From positions 1 through 5,148 of the forward strand of contig DGGR01000031.1 of the NCBI GenBank assembly GCA_002392285.1: a stretch of DNA of 5,148 nt, read 5' to 3'. The notes under the pieces are model-generated. The model had not been told where the DNA came from. It searched no databases and worked only from the letters and a program-made list of their open reading frames with translations. This document shows, in pieces, positions 1 to 5,113 of the stretch. The translations under genes were made by a program, and so were the position numbers. The stretch is from Verrucomicrobia bacterium UBA3869 (GTDB taxonomy: Bacteria > Verrucomicrobiota > Verrucomicrobiia > Opitutales > UBA9783). The stretch's first letter is position 1; every line of letters starts with the position of its first letter.

Positions 1-385
1 CAGGGTGTTTGCGGAGCCATAGGTAGGCTGCTAGTACAACCGAGATAAATACCCCGAGTACCACTGCGTAGCGATAGGGACGGATAAGGTCATAGAGCGC
101 TTGAGTCCAAGCGCAGCTATGACGGATAAAGCTTAATACGGGTCGACTGAACCAAAAAGCACCCCAAAGAGTATAAGCTGCTAAACAGGTACGGTCACTG
201 TTGCGGAAGATGAACCGTAAGATAAGCCATACCAATGCGTGAATGAGGGCAAATGCCCCAACGATAAAGATAATATCCTGCCCCGGTAGCTGCGGGTAGT
301 TCTTTTGGTAAAAATCTAATGGTAAAAGGCACGCCGCTAAAATGCCTACCCCTAACGATTCTATCCAAAAACGAAAAAGCTTCAT
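1..385 (-). CDS. Polytopic integral membrane protein, N-terminal ~128 codons only (gene continues past the left edge of the window)
   Basis: Absent from the supplied ORF track, presumably because there is no stop in the window. My reverse-strand translation is open from the ATG at 385-383 down to position 2: MKLFRFWIESLGVGILAACLLPLDFYQKNYPQLPGQDIIFIVGAFALIHALVWLILRFIFRNSDRTCLAAYTLWGAFWFSRPVLSFIRHSCAWTQALYDLIRPYRYAVVLGVFISVVLAAYLWLRKHP. An in-frame TAA (394-392) lies just upstream of the ATG. There are about four ~20-residue hydrophobic segments. The start is 10 nt after the stop of the upstream DUF721-like gene. The family cannot be recognised from this fragment. Confidence 0.6.
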   Translation of the reverse strand, partial: MKLFRFWIESLGVGILAACLLPLDFYQKNYPQLPGQDIIFIVGAFALIHALVWLILRFIFRNSDRTCLAAYTLWGAFWFSRPVLSFIRHSCAWTQALYDLIRPYRYAVVLGVFISVVLAAYLWLRKHP

Positions 386-395
386 AATAAATTAC

Positions 396-788
396 TTAAG
401 TAGATTTATTGGTGTTTGCAAGTGATAAAGCGCATTGAATTGCTGTTAGCGATGGATAATGGACACGAAGGATTTTAAGTGCATTTTCACATTTAAGCTG
501 TGCTTTTTGTCGAAGGATGGCGTTGGGTGCATAAAGCCATAAGATGTGGTTGGAATCGATGCGCGCAGGTTGTAGGTGCTCGAAATCTGTCCCCCTAAAC
601 CATTGAGTCCAATGGCTTTGTAATTGGACTAGGGTGTTATCGTCATGGGTTTTGTGTTGTTTGTTGATCAATGATTGGTAAGCAGCTGACAGGGGTACCA
701 TTGCGTGATTATCGCCTGTTTCTGGATGATAAGGAATCTGGCGAAGCGATGCGATTAATCGATTAGCTTTTTTAGGCAACACGTTCAA
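396..788 (-). CDS. DUF721 / DciA-like small protein (candidate replicative-helicase operator/loader family)
   Basis: 130-aa ORF. The C-terminal half (LQSHWTQWFRGTDFEHLQPARIDSNHILWLYAPNAILRQKAQLKCENALKILRVHYPSLTAIQCAL) fits the DUF721 pattern as I remember it: W..vvG...a.h..p..l..g.L.v.v.s.awa.eL......ll..l.......i.i.v. The N-terminus is basic (KKANRLIASLRQ). The start is uncertain. The track start at 788 is TTG, with alternatives GTG 782 and TTG 779, and the first ATG is codon 30 at 701-699. None has a clear Shine-Dalgarno sequence. The TTG start overlaps the upstream gene by 17 nt. Confidence 0.55.
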   Translation of the reverse strand: MNVLPKKANRLIASLRQIPYHPETGDNHAMVPLSAAYQSLINKQHKTHDDNTLVQLQSHWTQWFRGTDFEHLQPARIDSNHILWLYAPNAILRQKAQLKCENALKILRVHYPSLTAIQCALSLANTNKST

Positions 789-2112
789 TGAACAAGTCGG
801 AATTGGAAGGGCGCTTGGGGGCTATGCAGTATGCTTTGCGCAGGTATTCCATAGCGGTATTAAATCTTGAAGTATCGTTGTAATGAATAGTCATTACGGG
901 ATCGCCGGGTTGAATTTGTTTGCCTAAAGGTTGGAGGTCGGTAATACCGGCCGCTGGGTCGATGGGGCTATTTTTATCTTGGCGCATTAAAACTTCTACG
1001 CCCTTTGCCAAAAATGCCATATTGATGCTGTGAATATAGCCTCGTTTGTTGGCGACAATTTTGTAGGTATGTTTGGCCTTGGGGAATTTCTTTTCGTTAT
1101 CCAAGAAGGCAGGATCACCGCCTTGTTCTTTGATTAATTCTTTGAATTTCTTAAAGGCCGAACCGTCTTTCAAATGTTGTACAATGGTTTGTTTGGCCGA
1201 TAAGGTTGAGCCAGAAACGCCGGATAAGCGGATCATTTCCATTCCCAAGCGGATGATTAACTCTTTGAGGGTTTCATCGCCCCTATCCTGTAAAACATCA
1301 GCAATTTCTTTAAGTTCCAAAGCCGTTCCTAAGGTATTACCGACCGGTTGATTCATGTCGGTGATTAAAGCAACACAACGACGTTGGAGGCCGCGAATAC
1401 TTTTGGTTAATAAAGACGCAATGTGTTTAGCTTGGGCAACGTCCCGTATAAAGGAACCATTGCCACATTTGATATCCACTACGATATTTTCGGATCCGGA
1501 AGCGATACGCTTGCTCAAAATGCTGCTCACCAAGATAGGTAAGCAATTGGCGGTTGCGGTTGCCTGTCCCATTTTAATGAGATCGTTATCTACGGGTACC
1601 AACGAATCCGGTTGTTGGCTAATGCAGCACCCTATTTTTTTCAACTGCTTAACGCAGGTTTCTAGGGGTAAATCGGTTTTCATGCCTGGAATGGCTTTTA
1701 TCTTATCCAAGTCCCCGAACATAAAGCTTTCTTGTGGGGTAACGATATTCGGTACAACGACTCCGCAAGATGCCACTAAGGCGGTTAAAGCCAAATTGGT
1801 TTTGTTGCCAACACCGCCAATGGTATACAGGGATATTTTAGGTAACGCGATGCTGCGTACGTCGAGGACGGTCCCGGACAGAATGATTTCCTCGGCAAAT
1901 GCGGCTATTTCTTGCACATTCAAATCCTTAAAATAGATAGCCATCAAGAGGGCAGATAATTGATAATCCGGAAGGGTATGGTGAGCGATTGCATCAACGA
2001 TGTAACGGATATCATCGTTGGTCCATGTTAAGCCATCGCGTTTTTTCTCGATGAGGGGAACGATAGAAACGGTATTGCTTTTCGATTGTACGCTTTGTTT
2101 TTTGGGACACAT
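772..2112 (-). CDS. Thymidine/pyrimidine-nucleoside phosphorylase family protein (glycosyltransferase family 3 fold), divergent, with substituted active-site motifs
   Basis: 446-aa ORF collinear along its whole length with E. coli DeoA and Geobacillus PyNP as remembered. Matching segments include LIEKKRDG, LPDYQLSALLMAIYF (PyNP IPDYQMSALAMAIYF), GGVG, LDKIKAIPG, SSILSKR, VVDIKCGNGSFI, LITDMNQPVG and a C-terminal alpha/beta domain. A strong SD, AAGGAAGG (complement of 2121-2128), sits 8 nt upstream of the ATG at 2112-2110. The catalytic motifs are not conserved (see findings), so no deoA/pdp symbol is assigned. Confidence 0.85.
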   Translation of the reverse strand: MCPKKQSVQSKSNTVSIVPLIEKKRDGLTWTNDDIRYIVDAIAHHTLPDYQLSALLMAIYFKDLNVQEIAAFAEEIILSGTVLDVRSIALPKISLYTIGGVGNKTNLALTALVASCGVVVPNIVTPQESFMFGDLDKIKAIPGMKTDLPLETCVKQLKKIGCCISQQPDSLVPVDNDLIKMGQATATANCLPILVSSILSKRIASGSENIVVDIKCGNGSFIRDVAQAKHIASLLTKSIRGLQRRCVALITDMNQPVGNTLGTALELKEIADVLQDRGDETLKELIIRLGMEMIRLSGVSGSTLSAKQTIVQHLKDGSAFKKFKELIKEQGGDPAFLDNEKKFPKAKHTYKIVANKRGYIHSINMAFLAKGVEVLMRQDKNSPIDPAAGITDLQPLGKQIQPGDPVMTIHYNDTSRFNTAMEYLRKAYCIAPKRPSNSDLFIERVA

Positions 2113-2314
2113 GTCAAAATCCTTCCTTTAATCCTTGTTCGTTGTAATCAAGCAACGATTTTATATCGTTTTTATAACCACCTACTCAGTAGGGAATGTG
2201 TTTGTGAATAAAAGTCCAGCTTTTTTTGTTGAAAAAATAATGTAAAATGTATTTAAGCGGCTTTTACCATCAATTTTCTTGACTGTAGGGATCCATTAAT
2301 CTCTTTTTAGATAG
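2113..2314. promoter_or_regulatory. Divergent intergenic control region between the TP-like operon (minus) and thiE-thiD (plus); promoters not confidently placed
   Basis: 202 bp of AT-rich non-coding sequence between two divergent start codons must carry both promoters. I could not find a convincing -35/-10 pair with 16-18 bp spacing on either strand. Candidate elements are TTGACT 2279-2284 and TAAAAT 2243-2248. It contains a 6-bp stem/5-nt loop (2154-2170) and a 13-bp palindrome (2181-2193), both of chance-level significance. Confidence 0.4.
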
Positions 2315-2950
2315 ATGCGCAAAGAACAGTTAGTGCTTTATGGGATTACCGATCGTAAGGGCTTAGGGGAGCAGGATTTCTTAAGGGCTTTAGAAGATAG
2401 CCTTAAGGGTGGAGTGACGTGCTTACAATTGCGAGAAAAGCTTTTAAGTACGTCAGATTTCATTCAGGAAGCGTTTAAAGTACGTTATTTGTGTCAGCGT
2501 TATCGGGTACCACTCATCATCAATGATTGTGCGGAGGTAGCGATTGCTGTGGATGCAGATGGTGTCCATGTGGGTCAGCAGGATATGCCAGTGCGTGCTG
2601 TCAGGGCCTTGATAGGGCGCCATAAGTGCTTAGGAGTATCGGCACAAACGGTTGAGCAGGCCTTGCAAGCGGAGCAGGATGGAGCGGATTATTTAGGCGT
2701 TTGTACGCCGTTTCCGACCCATTCTAAATCGGATGCAGAGCCGGTTAGTCTCGAAACGCTGAAGGCTATTTGTCAGGCAGTTTCTATCCCTGTGATCGCT
2801 ATCGGTGGTATTTCATTAACGACCTTACCACAATTAGCCGGTAGTGGCATTTGTGGAATTGCGGCAATTCAAGCTATTTATGGCCAGCCCAACATTCAGG
2901 AAGCAACAAGTCGTTTAAAGCAATTGGCTGAATCGGTGTTGTTTGGTTAA
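2315..2950 (+). CDS. thiE: Thiamine-phosphate synthase (thiamine-phosphate diphosphorylase)
   Basis: 211 aa with the ThiE family hallmarks: LYGITD at the N-terminus, LQLREK, PLIINDCAEVA, ADGVHVGQQD, LGVS, DGADYLGVCTPFPTHSK (family GxGPxFxTxTK) and IPVIAIGGI. An in-frame TAG lies immediately upstream (2312-2314), so the ATG at 2315 is the first possible start. There is no obvious SD. Confidence 0.9.
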   Translation: MRKEQLVLYGITDRKGLGEQDFLRALEDSLKGGVTCLQLREKLLSTSDFIQEAFKVRYLCQRYRVPLIINDCAEVAIAVDADGVHVGQQDMPVRAVRALIGRHKCLGVSAQTVEQALQAEQDGADYLGVCTPFPTHSKSDAEPVSLETLKAICQAVSIPVIAIGGISLTTLPQLAGSGICGIAAIQAIYGQPNIQEATSRLKQLAESVLFG

Positions 2951-3004
2951 GGTAGGCTACGGATAGGGTTACAACAATGAATGCATCTAAGGATTTATAG
3001 AGGT

Positions 3005-3799
3005 ATGAAGGCTATTTTAAGTATTGCGGCGAGCGATTGCAGCGGAGGTGCAGGCATACAAGCGGATATTAAAAGTATTATGGCCAATGGGGGCTATGCC
3101 ATGAGCGTAATTACTGCTCTAACGGCTCAAAACACTTGCGGTGTGCTTGCAGTGCAACCGTCGACGCCAGTGTTTTTAGCTCAACAATTAGATGCTGTGT
3201 TTACTGATATTTTCCCGGATGCGGTAAAAATTGGGATGCTGTTTTCAAGCGATTTGATGCGAATTGTTGCTGAAAAGCTCATTTTATATAAGCCAAAAAA
3301 TATTGTTTTGGATCCAGTTATGGTTGCTACTAGCGGGGATGTGTTAATGCATACAGGGGCACTCCATACGCTTAAAACGCACTTATTGCCCTTGGTCCAT
3401 TTAATCACGCCCAACATTCCCGAAGCAGAAGCGTTGGTAGGGTATCGTATCGTGTCAGCTGAGACACAGGAAGCGGCGGCTCAAGCATTGTACCATGCGT
3501 ATCACTGTGCCGTGTTGGTTAAGGGTGGGCATAATCAGCAGGATGCTAATGATGTTTTGTGTAACCAAGGGCAGTGTGTTTGGTTTAAGGCCAAACGTAT
3601 AGAGGGGGCAAAGGTACATGGGACTGGCTGCACGCTTTCATCTGCGATCGCTACTCAATTAGCTCAAGGCTTAGATTTAGTATCCGCTATTCGGACAGCC
3701 AAACGTTACCTATCGGATATTTTACCGTACGCATTAGCCCTGGGTAAAGGAAGCAGTGTCTTGCCTCATGCAGGAGTTAAGCAGGAGTGTTTATCATAA
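3005..3799 (+). CDS. thiD: Hydroxymethylpyrimidine / phosphomethylpyrimidine kinase
   Basis: Collinear with E. coli ThiD: MKAILSIAASDCSGGAGIQADIKS (E. coli MKRINALTIAGTDPSGGAGIQADLKT), ITALTAQNT, LDPVMVATSGD, ITPNIPEAEAL, VKGGH, HGTGCTLSSAIA and GKG near the C-terminus. The ORF opens at ATG 2981 (272 aa), but homologue N-termini favour ATG 3005 (264 aa). Both starts remain possible. Confidence 0.9.
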   Translation: MKAILSIAASDCSGGAGIQADIKSIMANGGYAMSVITALTAQNTCGVLAVQPSTPVFLAQQLDAVFTDIFPDAVKIGMLFSSDLMRIVAEKLILYKPKNIVLDPVMVATSGDVLMHTGALHTLKTHLLPLVHLITPNIPEAEALVGYRIVSAETQEAAAQALYHAYHCAVLVKGGHNQQDANDVLCNQGQCVWFKAKRIEGAKVHGTGCTLSSAIATQLAQGLDLVSAIRTAKRYLSDILPYALALGKGSSVLPHAGVKQECLS

Positions 3800-4673
3800 A
3801 CAGCAAGAGGCATCCCAGCGCAATGCGGTAATAGCCGAAGGGGATAAGTCCCTTGGTTTGCAATAATCGGAACAGGAATCGGATGGTGCACGAACCTACC
3901 ACAAAAGCGGTTAAAACGCCGCATAAGGCGGATAGAGATAGGAGCTCCAAACTTTGTTGGAAATGGCTCAAGGTACTAACGGCAACTTGAGCGCTTGCGG
4001 TGATACATCCAAGCAAAAAGCTAAAATGAATTGCTTCGCTTAGGGTTAATCCCACAAAGATGCCTGCAAGGATGGTAGATAAGGAACGGCTAACCCCAGG
4101 GCATAGGGCAAAGGCTTGGCAAAGCCCGATAAAAATGGCTTGGCGGCGGGCTAAGGTGTCGAGCGTAATAGGGCGCCTGATGGCATACTTCTGAAACCGT
4201 TCCATGAGGAAGATAGCGATACCTCCTAACAGCAAACCGCACCCCATGATGGTATAAGACGTTTGGTCGATAGTTAACCAAGATGTCAATGGTTTAACGA
4301 TGCAAACAGCCACGCAGGATGCTAGGAGTGAACAAAGGAGCTTGATGCACAAATTCAGACCGTCGGTATCCCTGCCTGCTAACCCGCGTCCTATACGCAA
4401 CCAATCCTTTCGGTAATACCCTAAGAGCACCAAGATCGTTCCTAGGTTGATCCAGATGATATAGCGCACAATGGCTGATGCCCCATCCGACGGTATGTTA
4501 GGAAACAGTAAGCGGTTTGCCAACAGCATATGGCAGGATGAGGAAACCGGCAAAAATTCCGTTACCCCTTGCACGCTACCTAGGGTTAACGCTTGTCTAT
4601 AGGATACCACCGAATCTGCTTGGAGCGTCGGCATAAACCATAATCCTATCAATAGAATCAGCCACCTGTTCAT
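3777..4673 (-). CDS. uppP: Undecaprenyl-diphosphate phosphatase (UppP/BacA family)
   Basis: 298 aa, collinear with E. coli UppP: VQGVTEFLPVSSSCHMLL (E. coli VEGLTEFLPVSSTGHMII), YRQA..IG..Q..AL.PG.SRS..TI (here RRQAIFIGLCQAFALCPGVSRSLSTI), SFLL, and IPFGYYRI near the C-terminus. Multiple TM segments. It has ~20 extra N-terminal residues relative to E. coli. An alternative start at Met14 is possible. Confidence 0.9.
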   Translation of the reverse strand: MNRWLILLIGLWFMPTLQADSVVSYRQALTLGSVQGVTEFLPVSSSCHMLLANRLLFPNIPSDGASAIVRYIIWINLGTILVLLGYYRKDWLRIGRGLAGRDTDGLNLCIKLLCSLLASCVAVCIVKPLTSWLTIDQTSYTIMGCGLLLGGIAIFLMERFQKYAIRRPITLDTLARRQAIFIGLCQAFALCPGVSRSLSTILAGIFVGLTLSEAIHFSFLLGCITASAQVAVSTLSHFQQSLELLSLSALCGVLTAFVVGSCTIRFLFRLLQTKGLIPFGYYRIALGCLLLFMINTPA

Positions 4674-4696
4674 AGTTTCTTTGATTGCACCTTAAT

Positions 4697-4725
4697 AAAA
4701 TACGCGTTCTTCCATCGAGCAACAA
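4697..4725 (-). promoter_or_regulatory. Possible sigma70-type promoter for uppP (TTGTTG-17 bp-TATTTT)
   Basis: On the minus strand, TTGTTG (complement of 4720-4725), a 17-bp spacer, then TATTTT (complement of 4697-4702), 24 nt upstream of the uppP ATG. The hexamers are weak, and the implied transcript start would truncate the only SD-like element (AAGGTG, complement of 4688-4693). This is a motif-level guess only. Confidence 0.2.
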
Positions 4726-4765
4726 AATAATGTGTTAAAGGCAATGAATTACATCTTTACAGGGA

Positions 4766-4987
4766 TTGGGCACTTCGGAAATCATTTATAGCCCCGTTCA
4801 TGATATGAAAGCCTCTGTAAAGAGAATGCTAAGCACAATACATCTTAGAGCTTACTTGCAGCACAATAATTTTTTGACGAATACTACTCATTTGCACCTG
4901 TTAGAAAAAATTGAGTATTCCAAACCAGGATCAATTGAGAGAAAGAATACGGAACAATCGTCTACCGATGACAAATCTCCCTTCTAA
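4766..4987 (+). CDS. Hypothetical 73-aa ORF, doubtful
   Basis: Open frame only. The track start is TTG and the first ATG is at 4805. There is no SD at either, no recognisable family or motif, and the surrounding region is low in G+C. Listed for completeness; it may be non-coding. Confidence 0.15.
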   Translation: MGTSEIIYSPVHDMKASVKRMLSTIHLRAYLQHNNFLTNTTHLHLLEKIEYSKPGSIERKNTEQSSTDDKSPF

Positions 4988-5015
4988 TTCCTGTAAACAA
5001 CTGTTGTTAGTGGGG

Positions 5016-5051
5016 TAAATCGGTATCGGTAGGTGTAAAATATCCGATTTA
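5016..5051. repeat. Inverted repeat TAAATCGG-N20-CCGATTTA
   Basis: The 8-bp perfect arms at 5016-5023 and 5044-5051 are read directly from the sequence. The 20-nt spacer contains a tandem ATCGGT ATCGGT (5019-5030). No T-tract follows, so it is not a typical intrinsic terminator. It abuts the TTGACT at 5054-5059. Confidence 0.4.
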
Positions 5052-5053
5052 GC

Positions 5054-5082
5054 TTGACTTAGGAAGATTTTTGTATTAAAAG
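5054..5082 (+). promoter_or_regulatory. Possible promoter for a gene starting near the right edge (-35 TTGACT; ambiguous -10)
   Basis: TTGACT at 5054-5059 is a 5/6 match to the -35 consensus. The -10 options downstream are all imperfect: TAAAAG 5077-5082 (17-bp spacer), TTAAAA 5076-5081 (16 bp), or TGtATTAAA extended -10-like at 5072-5080. Confidence 0.25.
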
Positions 5083-5113
5083 AATAGTACTTTTCCCTAC
5101 TCCACTTTTGCTA

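Noticed and set aside
1073-1936. Plus-strand ORFs 1073-1351 (92 aa) and 1355-1936 (193 aa)
   Set aside because: They lie entirely antisense within the well-supported TP/PyNP-family gene. The products have no recognisable motifs and a low-complexity, shadow-like composition. These are typical antisense shadow ORFs.
2154-2174. Hairpin AACGAT-TTTAT-ATCGTT followed by TTTTTA, resembling an intrinsic terminator on the plus strand
   Set aside because: There is no plus-strand gene upstream to terminate. The stem is only 6 bp with 2 G:C pairs and is predicted to be very weak. On the minus strand it is not followed by a U-tract.
2181-2193. 13-bp perfect palindrome CCTACT-C-AGTAGG in the divergent region, and a second AACAAC-T-GTTGTT at 4996-5008
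   Set aside because: A 6-1-6 perfect palindrome is expected about 1.3 times by chance in 5.1 kb, so two occurrences are unremarkable. The two sequences are unrelated to each other. They could be operators, but nothing in the sequence supports that.
2981-3004. Upstream ATG at 2981 as the thiD start (extra MHLRIYRG)
   Set aside because: ThiD homologue N-termini align to the MKAILSIA... start at 3005, and the 8-residue extension has no counterpart. It is kept as an alternative because neither start has a well-spaced SD.
3181-3417. Minus-strand 78-aa ORF inside thiD
   Set aside because: It is antisense to a gene with strong family-wide collinearity and has no motif or SD. It is a shadow ORF.
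4090-4281. Minus-strand 63-aa ORF (alternative frame) inside uppP
   Set aside because: It uses a different frame of the same strand as uppP, which is supported by homology over its full length. The product is Arg/Pro/His-rich, as expected for an off-frame translation.
4829-4891. 20-codon minus-strand mini-ORF (MSSIRQKIIVLQVSSKMYCA) preceded by AGGTG
   Set aside because: The SD-like element is only 3 nt from the ATG, which is too close. The peptide has no recognisable feature, and an ORF this short is expected by chance.
5093-5101. 9-mer TTCCCTACT shared between 5093-5101 (plus) and 2188-2196 (minus), both upstream of start codons
   Set aside because: The expected number of shared 9-mers between two non-coding regions of ~200 and ~475 bp on both strands is about 0.7. 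The distances to the start codons also differ (13 against 76 nt).
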